DNA of 64,000 nt from an uncultured delta proteobacterium (lineage in GTDB: Bacteria; Desulfobacterota; Desulfobacteria; Desulfobacterales; Desulfatirhabdiaceae): assembly GCA_963789395.1 (NCBI GenBank), contig CAWBKP010000007.1, forward strand, positions 28,075-92,074, given 5' to 3'. Positions within the stretch are counted from its first letter, which is position 1; each line of letters starts with the position of its first letter. Positions 33,792-44,676 of the stretch are shown here, piece by piece. The position numbers were made by a program, and so were the translations under genes. The notes beneath the pieces are model-generated. The model worked only from the letters and a program-made list of their open reading frames with translations. It made no database searches and was not told the DNA's origin.

Positions 33792-34707
33792 TGAACTTAA
33801 TGGTTTCTTTTACTGTATACTGCGGTTTGGAATTGAGGCTCAGATACATTCGCCCCATGTATTCACCGATCAAGCCTATGGAGGCCAGAATCAGCCCCCC
33901 GACGATCAAATTGATCAAAACCAGCGTCAACCAGCCTTCAACCGCATGATCGGTTAAAAAATATTCCAGCAAATAAAACACGGCAAGTCCAAAACCGATG
34001 GAAGCGACCAGAAACCCCATCAGCGATGCTATTCGCAAGGGATAGACGGAAAAACTGGTCGCCAGTTTAAAAAAAACGGAAATTGACCGGAATAAATTGA
34101 AATTGCTATTTCCCTTGTAACGTTCATGGTGCTCGATGGTGATCTGGGTGACATTGTTGGTTGTTTGAAGCAGCAATCCCTGAACATAAGGATAGGGGCC
34201 CTTGTATTTCAGTACTTCATCAACCACCTCTTTTCGGATGATCTGAAACGGCGAAAGGTAGATGTGTTTTGGTTTGTCGATTAAAATATCAGCGATCTTT
34301 CCATTGAACCAGCTGCCCATATTTTTCCACAGGGCCTGATTTTTCTTTAAAAAATTCGCATAACATACATCATATCCCTTCCGGCACTCATCATAAAGTT
34401 TAATGATATCATACGGGGAGTGCTGGATATCATCGTCCATAATCACCGTATAATTGCCCGTGGCATGCGAGAGCCCGGCCATAATGGCATTGTCCTGCCC
34501 GCTGTTCTTCCGCAGATTCACGCCGATCAGGCTGTGATTCTGACTGCATAATTGAGCAATGACATCCCAGCTTCCGTCCTTACTGCCGTCATTGACCAAT
34601 ATCAGATCATAGCGCATTTCTGATAAAGCATCTTGAACCTGTCTGGCCAGTTCAATCAAATTGCCTTCGCTGTTATAAACCGGAATGACGATGCTGATGT
34701 CTTTCAT
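33778..34707 (-). CDS. Polyprenol-phosphate glycosyltransferase (GT2, ArnC/GtrB-like)
   Basis: SIVIPVYNS, VNDGSKD, N.GQ.NA, MDDD.QH, two C-terminal TMs, GLIGEYMGR. Confidence 0.9.
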   Translation of the reverse strand: MKDISIVIPVYNSEGNLIELARQVQDALSEMRYDLILVNDGSKDGSWDVIAQLCSQNHSLIGVNLRKNSGQDNAIMAGLSHATGNYTVIMDDDIQHSPYDIIKLYDECRKGYDVCYANFLKKNQALWKNMGSWFNGKIADILIDKPKHIYLSPFQIIRKEVVDEVLKYKGPYPYVQGLLLQTTNNVTQITIEHHERYKGNSNFNLFRSISVFFKLATSFSVYPLRIASLMGFLVASIGFGLAVFYLLEYFLTDHAVEGWLTLVLINLIVGGLILASIGLIGEYMGRMYLSLNSKPQYTVKETIKFNETE

Positions 34708-35317
34708 GGATTGTTATTAACATATCCTTTTTTTCTGATATGATTTCATAGGTGAAATTATATGGTTGTTTGTAATTATCCAGCAGTTCAATCAACGAGC
34801 CCCGATTAAAACGAAAGGCTTCGGCGCCGTTTCGGACGGTAGAAGCCCTGGCCCCGATTTTTCCCATGAAATTTTTGATGGAAGTGATATTTTTTATCGG
34901 CTCGGAGAGAATAATTTTTGGCGAGCACGATGTCATCAATTGCCAGATTTTCTCCATGTTCTCATTAAAATGATATAAAGAGCCCGCAAAAATCAGAACG
35001 TCCGCAGCAGGTAACCTTTCCAGGGATAAAATATCCGTACTTAGGGCTTTATAGCCGTGTTTTATGGCATGATTTACAAACGCATCGTTTATGTCATATC
35101 CCACCCAATGCCGTGCGCTTTCTTTGCAGTACGCCGCGATATAAATATCTCCGAAACATAATTCAACGACATGTTTATCCTCCGGCCCGAATATGTTTAT
35201 TATATCCTTGAATCGCTGGTGATATCGCCCAAGATACAACAGGTTCATGATGAGCCGGTAAATCCATATGTTTCGATAAATCAGACTGACGTCGTTTTTC
35301 ACTTCCGAACCCGGCAT
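34673..35317 (-). CDS. Class I SAM-dependent methyltransferase-like protein
   Basis: VVELCFGD motif I variant, GYDIN, DVLIFAGSLYHF. Confidence 0.55.
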   Translation of the reverse strand: MPGSEVKNDVSLIYRNIWIYRLIMNLLYLGRYHQRFKDIINIFGPEDKHVVELCFGDIYIAAYCKESARHWVGYDINDAFVNHAIKHGYKALSTDILSLERLPAADVLIFAGSLYHFNENMEKIWQLMTSCSPKIILSEPIKNITSIKNFMGKIGARASTVRNGAEAFRFNRGSLIELLDNYKQPYNFTYEIISEKKDMLITIHERHQHRHSGL

Positions 35318-35620
35318 CTTCTTGAAATCACATTAAAAACAGCATGGTGTTTGCCTTTGGACATATTGATCCCGTATGTACCGCATAGCACGGTCACTGT
35401 CAAATCAAGAATCCTGTTGCGCTCGGCAATCCTCGCGTATGACCCGAAATATGCTGCATGATGTTATAGAGATGCTTGATTTTATCAACCGCGAACGATA
35501 AATTGAATACTGCCTGCAAAAATTAATCTTTAAAAGCCACCGGCAATCTTCCGCTCAGGGCATAGACCCCTCAGTTGCAAGCATGTGCCGGAATTTCATT
35601 CCAGGAGATAGAAAACGCTC

Positions 35621-37129
35621 ATGACCCATAGCAGTAAATTCGAGGATGCCGAAGACATCCGGGTATGCCGGGGCGACATCGATTATCAGGGCATTGTAAG
35701 GCACATCAACGACGGGGTTGTCATCATCAGAGAAGGAACCATCGTCTTTGCCAACACCGCATTTTATGAAATATCACGGCAAAAACCGGAGCAGGTGATC
35801 TCATCCACGTTCGCTGACTTCATCTCCGCCGCAGACCAGGAAAGAGTTGCCCGGTTCTGCACGGAACAACTTTTCATCGAAGGCATCTCCGACAGGATCG
35901 AATTCGTCATGCCGACGGACATTGGCGAAGCCATCATCATGATGAAGGTCAGTGTCGTGGAATGCGGCGGACTTCCTGCAATACTCGGCGCATTGACGGA
36001 TATCACCGAACGGCGCAAAACCAGGATCGAGCTGCAAAAGATCAAGGAACGGCTTGAAAGCATTCTCCATTCCATGAATGAAGCCGTTGTCTCCATGTCG
36101 CCGGACGGATATAAGATACTATCCATAAATCCTGCGGCCGAAGCTCTCTATGGGGTTCCCCTCAGAAATTTTACCAGCGGACAAAGCCATATCCTGAATT
36201 TCGTCCATCCGGACGATATCGTAACCGTCAGGAAATTCTACGACAATCTTTCTGAAGCCGAGTTTGACGGCGCACAGTACAGGATTATCGGCAGCAACAA
36301 GAAAATTAGATGGGTCTTTGATGAAGGACATGTCGTTTATTCGGCACGGGGAACGATACGACGGATCGATCATGTGATCCGGGATATCACCGAAGAAAAG
36401 AAAGCAATTGATGCCCTCAAGCAGAGTGAAGCCAAATACAAGGATTTCTTCGAATCCACCAGTGATATGGCATTCACGCTGACTGCCGAAGGGGGCTTCA
36501 TCGATATCAATGATGCCGGATTGAAGCTTCTTGGTTTTGAGAACAAGGCCGAGGCGCTCGCCAGTAATGTGAAGGACTTTTATGTCGATATCTCGGAGCG
36601 GGCCGGACTCCTTGACGAAATCTACGGGAAAGGCCATGTCGAAGGCAGGCATGTGACGTTCCGGAATAAGGCCGGAGAGGCAATCGAAGTCGCCATCACC
36701 TCAAGGGCAAAGACGGATGATACCGGCAAATTCATCTGCCATGAAGGCATCGTGCACAACATCAGCAAAGCCCTGGAAGACCAGAGAAACCGCGTCATGC
36801 GCAACACGGCAGGCGGCATGTGCCACTATTTGAACACGCACCTGATGACCCTTTGCGGCTCAAAGGATGACCTGAGTCAAGACATCATCTCCCTGGATGC
36901 CCTTGTTGAGAGGCTCGCCAATGGGGAAAACTCCCCGGAAATCCTGAAACAGATGCAGGTTCTGATGGAAGATGTGCGTTTTTTCAATGACGGCATAAAT
37001 AAAGCATATGAAAAAATTTCTGAGGTGACAACCGCCTTTAACAAGGCATTTCTCTACAAGGAAGAATCCTATTCCACCAAAACGATACTTGATATTTTCC
37101 AGGCATATGGATACGAAGAAAGCGATTGA
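35621..37129 (+). CDS. Triple-PAS protein with C-terminal HisKA/DHp-like helices and no HATPase domain
   Basis: Three PAS/PAC repeats (DITERRK, FVHPDD, RDITEEK), H-box-like AGGMCHYLN, ends YSTKTILDI without N/G1/G2 boxes. Confidence 0.8.
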   Translation: MTHSSKFEDAEDIRVCRGDIDYQGIVRHINDGVVIIREGTIVFANTAFYEISRQKPEQVISSTFADFISAADQERVARFCTEQLFIEGISDRIEFVMPTDIGEAIIMMKVSVVECGGLPAILGALTDITERRKTRIELQKIKERLESILHSMNEAVVSMSPDGYKILSINPAAEALYGVPLRNFTSGQSHILNFVHPDDIVTVRKFYDNLSEAEFDGAQYRIIGSNKKIRWVFDEGHVVYSARGTIRRIDHVIRDITEEKKAIDALKQSEAKYKDFFESTSDMAFTLTAEGGFIDINDAGLKLLGFENKAEALASNVKDFYVDISERAGLLDEIYGKGHVEGRHVTFRNKAGEAIEVAITSRAKTDDTGKFICHEGIVHNISKALEDQRNRVMRNTAGGMCHYLNTHLMTLCGSKDDLSQDIISLDALVERLANGENSPEILKQMQVLMEDVRFFNDGINKAYEKISEVTTAFNKAFLYKEESYSTKTILDIFQAYGYEESD

Positions 37130-37191
37130 ACATGATCATATTGCTGCTTTTTCCAATCGTTAAAGCTATGTTCTAATGGAATCACACACTC

Positions 37192-38007
37192 ATGGATATT
37201 GAATTTATCAAGCAGTATAATCCGCTGATGATGGCACTTGTGGCAACGCTGTTTACTTGGGGCGTCACAGCAGCGGGTGCTGGCATGGTTTTTTTCTTTA
37301 AAACGATCAATCAGAAAATCCTGAACGCGATGCTTGGTTTTGCAGCCGGTGTCATGATTGCCGCCAGTTTCTGGTCGCTATTGAAACCTGCAATCGAGAT
37401 GGCGGAAAGCAGCGGGGAAATTCCATGGCTTGCCGCCGTTGTCGGTTTTCTTTCCGGAGGCGTGTTTTTGCTGGTGATAGACAAAATCCTTCCCCATCTT
37501 CATCTTGGACTCGATATCGACCAGGCGGAAGGCATCAAAACTACCTGGCAAAGGAGTATTTTGCTTGTTCTGGCAATTACCCTGCATAATATCCCGGAAG
37601 GACTTGCAGTGGGGGTTGCCTTTGGCGCGCTGGCAGACGATATGAGCACAGCGTCACTCGGGGGCGCTATTGCATTGGCTTTCGGCATTGGATTGCAGAA
37701 TTTTCCCGAAGGCGCTGCTGTCTCGATACCACTTCGTCGCGAGGGGTTATCACGCTGGAAAAGTTTCTTGTACGGACAGCTCTCGGGCGTTGTTGAGCCT
37801 GTAGCCGGCGTCTTTGGGGCTGCGATGGTTATCGTCATCAAGCCCCTGCTGCCGTATGCTCTCTCCTTTGCTGCCGGGGCCATGATTTTCGTGGTCATCG
37901 AGGAGTTGATCCCCGAATCGCAATCAGGCAACGAAACGGATTTATCGACTATCGGCGCCATGCTCGGATTTGCAACCATGATGTTTCTTGACGTGGCGCT
38001 TGGCTAA
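37192..38007 (+). CDS. ZIP (GufA/ZupT) metal transporter
   Basis: [48 protein letters not shown]. Confidence 0.95.
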   Translation: MDIEFIKQYNPLMMALVATLFTWGVTAAGAGMVFFFKTINQKILNAMLGFAAGVMIAASFWSLLKPAIEMAESSGEIPWLAAVVGFLSGGVFLLVIDKILPHLHLGLDIDQAEGIKTTWQRSILLVLAITLHNIPEGLAVGVAFGALADDMSTASLGGAIALAFGIGLQNFPEGAAVSIPLRREGLSRWKSFLYGQLSGVVEPVAGVFGAAMVIVIKPLLPYALSFAAGAMIFVVIEELIPESQSGNETDLSTIGAMLGFATMMFLDVALG

Positions 38008-38126
38008 GACAGGCTGATACTTTGTGAAAAACGGTTATGACCGGCGGGCAAATCATAACTATGGTAATGGCGCATTGGTTGCCACCCTATCAACATCGGA
38101 CTTGAAAAAACGGAGGAAGAGGGCAG

Positions 38127-38684
38127 ATGACATCGTTAATCGTTATTCTGGCTATTGGAATTGTAGCGGCTTTTTGGGTGATCGGGGCTTACAACGGGCT
38201 GGTTCGCGGCAGAAATGAGGTCAAGAGCGCCTGGAGTTCAATTGATGTTCAGCTCAAGCGCCGATACGACCTGATTCCCAACCTGATCGAAACGGTCAAG
38301 GGTTACGCCGGCCACGAGAAACAGACACTTGAGGCCGTTGTCAATGCCAGACAGCAGGCCATCAGTTTTACCGGCAGCGTGGCGGACAAGGCAAAAGTGG
38401 AAAATGCACTGACATCCAGCCTGCGCTCGCTCTTTGCTCTGGCCGAAGCATATCCGCAGCTCAAAGCCAACGAGAATTTCCTATCCCTTCAGGAAGAGCT
38501 GGCCGCCACGGAGAACAAGATCGGCTTTGCCCGGCAATATTACAATGACGCGGCCATGCGGTATAAGAACAGGGTTGAAGTTTTTCCGAGTAATCTCATC
38601 GCCAATATGTTCGCCTTTCAGCCCGAGGCTTTTTTCCAGGTTGACGCAGCCGAAGAAAAGATGGCTCCGAAGGCGAAATTTTAA
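38127..38684 (+). CDS. lemA: LemA family protein
   Basis: N-terminal TM, YN.LV, WS.IDVQLKRRYDLIPNL, EAYPQLKANENF, ENKI..ARQ.YN. Confidence 0.96.
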   Translation: MTSLIVILAIGIVAAFWVIGAYNGLVRGRNEVKSAWSSIDVQLKRRYDLIPNLIETVKGYAGHEKQTLEAVVNARQQAISFTGSVADKAKVENALTSSLRSLFALAEAYPQLKANENFLSLQEELAATENKIGFARQYYNDAAMRYKNRVEVFPSNLIANMFAFQPEAFFQVDAAEEKMAPKAKF

Positions 38685-38699
38685 ATAAAGGAGGGTTCC

Positions 38700-38969
38700 A
38701 TGACAGAGACGATTTATAATATCGGATGGGCAATGATTTTTTCAATCGTCGGCGGCTTGATCGGGATGGCGCTGGTGATCGCATCTTCGCTGATGCTTCC
38801 GGGACTGATTGACCGGCTGACGCCAACCATCGATGAACAAAAAGAGATCGCCCGCGGAAACTCAGCCGTTGCCGAATATTTTGGAAGGGTAGTGGCTGCG
38901 GCCATTCTTGGCGTCAGCATTGTTGCGGCTGCCGCGGTGCTGGGCGGAATTATCGCCGCCCTGCATTAA
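38700..38969 (+). CDS. Small membrane protein, DUF350-like
   Basis: RBS AGGAGG; hydrophobic segments flanking DRLTP.ID..KEI..GN.AVA. Confidence 0.65.
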   Translation: MTETIYNIGWAMIFSIVGGLIGMALVIASSLMLPGLIDRLTPTIDEQKEIARGNSAVAEYFGRVVAAAILGVSIVAAAAVLGGIIAALH

Positions 38970-38973
38970 GGGG

Positions 38974-39056
38974 AAAACCGTAAATGCGTGAGGGGGTGAG
39001 GGCGTGAAGTGTTTGCCGTTTCACGCTCTCACCCCTCACGTTCTCACGGTTTTTTT
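38974..39056 (+). terminator. Long GC-rich hairpin followed by a T-run (terminator/attenuator-like)
   Basis: aaaaccgt...cgtgagggggtgagggcgtgaa pairs with ttcacgctctcacccctcacg...acggtttt, then ttttt. Confidence 0.7.
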
Positions 39057-39092
39057 ATTGTTTTTGCAACTGCCGATGGGGAGAGTGCGCGT

Positions 39093-41323
39093 ATGAAATG
39101 GGCTATCAGGCTTTCCGTATTGCTGGTCTTTTTTCTGGGGCCGGATTTCTCCTGGGGAAGGGGGGGCGGTGGTTGTCTCGAAGAAGGGACGCTGGTTTTA
39201 ACCTCTAAGGGGTCAATAGCCATCGAGAAACTTCAACCGGGCGATCACGTCATGGGCGTTGCAGCCGGATGTCTGCAATCGGTGGAAGTCCAAGGGGTTA
39301 CGGTTGTCCAGCCTGAAACAATCCTGGAGATTCTGGCTGGAGGTGAAACGCTGAGGGTGACTGCCGAACACCCCATCATGATTGCCCCGGGAGAATTCCG
39401 CATCGCGGATTTCCTCCAGATCGGGGATACGGTTTATCTGGCAAGGAATGGGACAATTTTTGAAACACAAATCCGATCCATCCATGCCGAACCGGCAACT
39501 CGACCGGCCTATAACCTGATGGTCAGTCCGGCGGGAACCTTTGTTTCTTCCGGTTTTATCGTTCACAACAAGGGATGTTTTCTGCCCGAAAGCATGGTCC
39601 TGAGATCGGATGGAACCCAGATTCCCATCAGCACGGTCCAGGAAGGTGAAGAACTTCTGGCATTCACTCCGGATAATCAACTGGTCCGGACAAGGGTGCA
39701 ATCGGTGCTTTGCCGGACTGTCGATGAATTCGTCGTTCTGAAGACAGATTCGCAGACGCTTCGTGTAACGGCCGATCATCCGTTTTATATTGGAGACGGC
39801 AGATTCAAGACTCTGGAGGTGCTCCATACCGGAGACCGGATCATTGCCTGGGATGGGCAAACCTTGACCGAACAACAGATTGTTTCCATGGAGACGATTT
39901 ATGGGCCGGTTGCGGTTTTCAATCTTCAGACAGATTATCCCAACACTTTTTTCGTCAGCCATCTTGCAGTCCATAACAAAGGTGGCGGGCGGCGGTGGTG
40001 GAAGCAGGAGCAGCTCCAGCCATTCCAGTTCCGATCCAGTTCCGGTAGCGGCGGTTCTTCCGAGATTTCAGACTGTACTCTTGCTTTTTCATCCTTTGTT
40101 TTGTGATCATCGTCGTAATTCGGATTATATATCTGTTCAGAAATAAAAAGAAAAACCAAAATCTCGACTTCATCTATGATCGAAAAGCCATCGCACCAAA
40201 GGCGGCAAAAACCGAAAAACTCCTCTCGTTTCTCAGCCGCCAGGATACCACTGTATCTCCGGAAACATTGCGGAAACTGGTTGAAACCACTTTTCTCAAG
40301 CTTCAGCAGTGCTGGGAGAAGCGGGAGTACGCTCCCATGGAGCCGCTTCTGATGAAGGGGTTGTACTATCAGCACATGGCCCAGCTCCAGGGGCTTGTGC
40401 GCAATCATGAGATTAACCGCATCGAGGATCTCATGATCAAAAAAATTGATCTTGTCCATGTTCGATATACGGAAAAAGCATACCAGCGCGAATTTGCCGC
40501 CTTGATTACCGCATCGGCTCGTGATTACTACGTGGATGACCGCAATGGGAAATTTCTGCGCGGGGATAAGGCGCCAGCCACATTTCAGGAATTCTGGACG
40601 TTTCAGTTTTCGGACGGGGCCTGGCGCCTCAGGGAAATTGAACAGACCGGTGAGTCGGATATGCTCAAGGACGAAAACTTTGCCGAGATGCTGACGGATG
40701 ATACGATGAGGGGGATTTACGCGGAAGCTGCCGGAAAAAATGGTCCTGCCGGTCCCTGGCTTGAAAAAAGTGTGGGCCAAAAGGCAACGCGCATTGATCG
40801 CATGCTGAATTTTCTGGTTCAGACAGACAAGCTCTGGGATCGGAATGCAATGCTGGAACGAGCACGTCAGGTTTTTATGAATTTTTACCTTGCCATGGAA
40901 TCCGCCGACCCTGCACAGGTTCCGGTTGCCGATTTATTTCCGGAAGCCGCTGAAAGTCTTCAAAAACAGCTTAGCCACTGGCAGTCGGAAGGCCTGAAGA
41001 CAGAATACCGCAATCTCTGTGTGCGGAAGGCCGAACTGATTCTGGTGCAGAATTTCGAAGATACGTCCAAAGATGAATTTACGGTACGAATCAGTGCACA
41101 CGCCCAGAGAATTCTTTACAAACGCGATGCCGTCTGGAGCAGCCAGAAAGATGTGATGCCCTTTGATGAATACTGGGTATTCGGCCGCCTGAACGGGATG
41201 TGGAAACTGAAAGAGTTGCTGCCGCCAGCCGGGGGAAAACAGAAAATTACACAAGATAATGTGGATGAGGACAGCAGTCCGGAGCAGCTCCAGTGGTATT
41301 ACCGTCAGCCACGGGGCAAGTAA
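39093..41323 (+). CDS. Signal peptide - Hint - Hint - Gly/Ser linker - TM - 2x Tim44-like domain protein; frameshifts between 39985 and 40100
   Basis: Hint1 39174..39569 (CLEEGT...TAEHP...IVHN), Hint2 39576..39977 (CFLPES...TADHPF...AVHN), alternate-frame GGGGGSRSSSS, TM FFILCFVIIVVIRIIYLF, two Tim44-like repeats (FQEFWTF...WRLREI; FDEYWVF...WKLKE). Confidence 0.8.
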
Positions 41324-41336
41324 TCATGGGATGTAA

Positions 41337-42096
41337 ATGATCACGATTAATTCCGGACACATACAGATACCTGTGCTGGCCATGGGGAAAGGCTGGCTGG
41401 TGGTGGACAAACCTTCTGGTCTGACGGTTCACAACGCGGCAGGCCGGGATCTTTGCTCCCTGGCATTGTCCCAAATCCAAAAGGATGCGAATCTAAATAA
41501 ACAGATCGATTATGGATCGGGATTTTGGCGTCCATCCTGTGCATCGGCTGGACAAGGAAACCAGCGGTGTCATGCTGCTGGCCGTTAACCGGGAGTGGTT
41601 TCGATTTTTTTCGGATCAGTTTGAATCCCGGCAAGTTAAAAAGCAATATGTCGCCATTCTGCACGGCAGGCTGGAAAAACCGGAAGAAAACGACCTGTGG
41701 GGAACATGGGGATGGCCCCTTTCGGAGACCGCAGGCGGACGCCAAAATCCCGAAGGCCCCGGAAACCGGAAGGACAGCCGGACCCGTTACCGGGTTCTTG
41801 GCCACAGCGCCCATTACACGATGGTGGCAATCGAACTATTAACCGGCCGCACGCATCAGATCCGGCGGCACGCGAAACTGTCCGGACATCCGGTTGTCGG
41901 CGACACCCGCTATGGCTCGACGCGGGCGATCAACTATTTAAAACGGAATTTTGCCTTTGACCGTCTGGCGCTGCATGCCCGCTCGCTCACATTGCAACTG
42001 ACCGGCGGGAAAGCGCCGGAAACCATCGAAACCCCGGCAATCCCCCGCCAGATGCTGGATCTATTTCAAAACGACCCAGCAGCCCTTTCACCGTAA
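41337..42096 (+). CDS. RluA-family RNA pseudouridine synthase; frameshift near 41510
   Basis: VVDKPSGL.VH, catalytic HRLDKETSG, LLTGRTHQIR.H, HPVVGD..YG, LALHA. Confidence 0.92.
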
Positions 42097-42104
42097 ACAA
42101 TGAT

Positions 42105-42199
42105 CCCCCGTTGGAGAAAGAGGGGCCAAGTACCATAAGATCTCTTGCAGGTGACCCTCAAAAAAAATCCCCTCTCGATCGCCCTCTCCCACACGGGGA
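42105..42199. repeat. Degenerate REP-like inverted repeat between convergent genes
   Basis: ccccgttggagaaagagggg versus cccctctc...ccctctcccacacgggg. Confidence 0.4.
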
Positions 42200-42222
42200 A
42201 CGTTATTTCTTCATATCCGGGG

Positions 42223-44659
42223 CTAAGCCGATTTTTCGGCATTTTTCTGCAAGATGCGAATGGTTTCGGATATCTCTTCGGCGGTCACGCCCTTTCTTAA
42301 AACTTCCAGACCGTGCATGACAGCTGAAAAACGGACGCCTTCCGCGGCGCTGATCCACTCCAGTTGAAGCCGCTCCTTGCGGATGCCGAGTTTGGCCATT
42401 TTTTTGTGGATTTTTTCAATCCGTTTTACGGTCCACTTGTTGGCATCGATGTAATGGCAGTCCCCGATATGGCAGCCGCTCACCAGGATAACCGGCGCGC
42501 CTTTTAAAAATCCGTCCCAGATGAATTTTTCATCCACGCGGCCGGAGCACATGGTGCGGATCAGGCGCACATTGGGCGGATACTGGCACCGGGACACCCC
42601 GGCATAATCCGCGCCGGCATAGGAACACCAGTTGCAGGCAAATGCCAGGATCTTCTCTTCCGGTTTTTCGACCAGCAGGGCGTCCACCTGATCGAGAATC
42701 TGCCTGTCGGTGAAATGGTTCATGAGAATGGCGTCAAAGGCGCATTCGGCCGCACAGGTGCCGCAACCGGCGCAGGCCGCCGTATTGACCACGGCGGGAG
42801 TCTTCTTTTTTACGTCCACGGTAATGGCGTTGTAGGGGCAGACTTCGGCGCACTTGCCGCAGGATTTGCATTTTTCGGCGATGATTTCAGACGTAATGGG
42901 GTCTGTCAGAATTTCGCCCTTGTGCATCAGGCGGATGGCCCTGGCTGCCGCGGCAGAGGCCTGGGTGACGCTTTCCTTGATGTCTTTTGGCCCTTCGGCG
43001 CATCCGGCGTAAAAAACGCCGCGCGTGGCGGCATCCACGGGCTGAAGCTTGGGATGGGCTTCCAGAAAAAACCCATCCGAAGTCAGCTGCAATCCCAGCA
43101 TTTCCTGGAGCGTTCGCGTGCTCTCGGAAGGGTTGAGGCCGACAGCCAGCACCAGCATGTCCAGATCAAAGAACTCGATTTTCCCCAGAGCGGTGTTTTC
43201 AACCGCCACCCGCAGGCCGCCATCCGGGTTTTCCTCGACCGTTCCGGGAAGGCCCCGCAGGTAATGGACGCCCAGCCGCCGGCTTCTTTTGTAAAGATCC
43301 TCAAATCCCTTGCCGAAAGCCCGGATATCGATATAAAAGACCTTGACATCCATGTCCGGGAAATGCTCCTTCAGCACCAGCGTGCTCTTTATCGTATTCA
43401 TGCAGCAGACATTGGAGCAGTGGGCGCTTCCCTTTCCGGCCGACCTGGAACCCACGCACTGGATAAAGCCGATGGATTTCGGCTTTCTGCGGTCTGTGGG
43501 GCGCAGAATCTCGCCTTTTGTGGGACCGCCGGCATTGACGAGCCTCTCGAATTCAAGGCTGGTCAGGACATTTTCAAACCGCGTATAGCCGTATTCATCC
43601 ATTTCCGTGGGATCGTAGGTTTCCATTCCGGTTGCCACCACGATGGTGCCCACGTCTTCCGTAATTTCTTCATCGGACATGTGAAAACTGATGCAGCCTT
43701 TCTTGCAGGCTTCAACGCATTTGGCGCACACCGCCGGATTATGCCCCAGGCATTCGTTGACATTGATCACATAGGCGGAGGGAACTGCCTGCGGAAACGG
43801 GGAATAAATGGCTTTGCGGGAAGAGAGGCCGTAGTTGAACGCATCGGGACGCACCACCGGGCAGACCTTTGCACAGTCCCCGCATGCCGTGCATTCCTTT
43901 TCATCCACATAACGGGATTTTTTCAGGATTTTCACCTTGAAATTGCCGACGGAACCTTTTACTTCCTTGACTTCACTCAGGACATGAAGCTTGATTCGGG
44001 GATGTCGACCGACATCCGTCATTTTTGGCCCCAGGATTCAGATGGAGCAGTCCATGGTGGGAAACGTCTTATCAAGGGTGGCCATGACCCCGCCGATGGA
44101 GGGTTTCTTTTCCACCAGCACCACGTCATACCCGTTGTCCGCAAGGTCCAGTGCCGCCTGAATTCCGGCCACACCGCCGCCGATGACCAGGGTCCGTTTG
44201 ACCAGGGGCAGTTTTTCCGGCTCCAGGGCTTTATGGCTCCGCACCCGCGATATGGCCATTCGCGTTAAATCCATGGCCTTTTCCGTGGCAGCTTCGGGCT
44301 CGCTGATATGCACCCAGCTGCAGTGTTCCCGCAAATTGGCCATTTCCAGAATATAGGGATTCAGTCCCGCATCCTGGACCATCTGGCGGAAGGTGGGTTC
44401 ATGCAGCCTCGGCGAACAGGAGGCCACCACCACCCGGTCCAGGTTCTGCTCCAGAATGTCTTCCCGGATGCTTTGCTGCCCGGGTTCGGAACAGGCGTAG
44501 GGAACACTTCTGGCGATCTGCACGTCCGCCATGCCGGCCGCCATGCCGGCCACTTTTTCGCAATCGACGGTTTTGGCGATATTCATGCCGCAGTGGCAGA
44601 CGTAAACGCCGATGCGGGGTCGGGACGTCGGATGTATCCGTTTTATCCATGGTTATCAT
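42223..44659 (-). CDS. hdrA: Selenocysteine-containing HdrA fused to a C-terminal MvhD domain; frameshift near 44615
   Basis: RIGVYVCHCG, VVASCSPRLHE, VIGGGVAG, in-frame KTFPTMDCSI-UGA-ILGPK, FIQCVGSR, CSNVCC, HPKLQP, two ferredoxin motifs, then MvhD FACNWCSYAGAD...GCHIGDCHY. Confidence 0.92.
44000..44040 (-). promoter_or_regulatory. Sec UGA codon (44038-44040) with bacterial SECIS hairpin
   Basis: Minus-strand GGAUGUC-GGUC-GACAUCC perfect stem; the G-starting loop begins 27 nt after the UGA. Confidence 0.85.
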
Positions 44660-44676
44660 CTCATCAACCTTTTTTG

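Noticed and set aside
35575..35600. Sigma54-like site CGGCACATGCTTGCA on the minus strand
   Set aside because: The GG-GC spacing is one base short of the strict -24/-12 requirement.
39174..39977. Hint domains as classical mobile inteins or a polymorphic-toxin pretoxin module
   Set aside because: No homing endonuclease, no Cys/Ser/Thr +1 residue, no toxin tip or immunity gene; the C-terminus is TM plus Tim44.
42715..44268. Long antisense ORFs (also 16606-17697, 27962-29020, 4835-5638)
   Set aside because: Shadows of well-supported genes on the opposite strand in GC-rich sequence.
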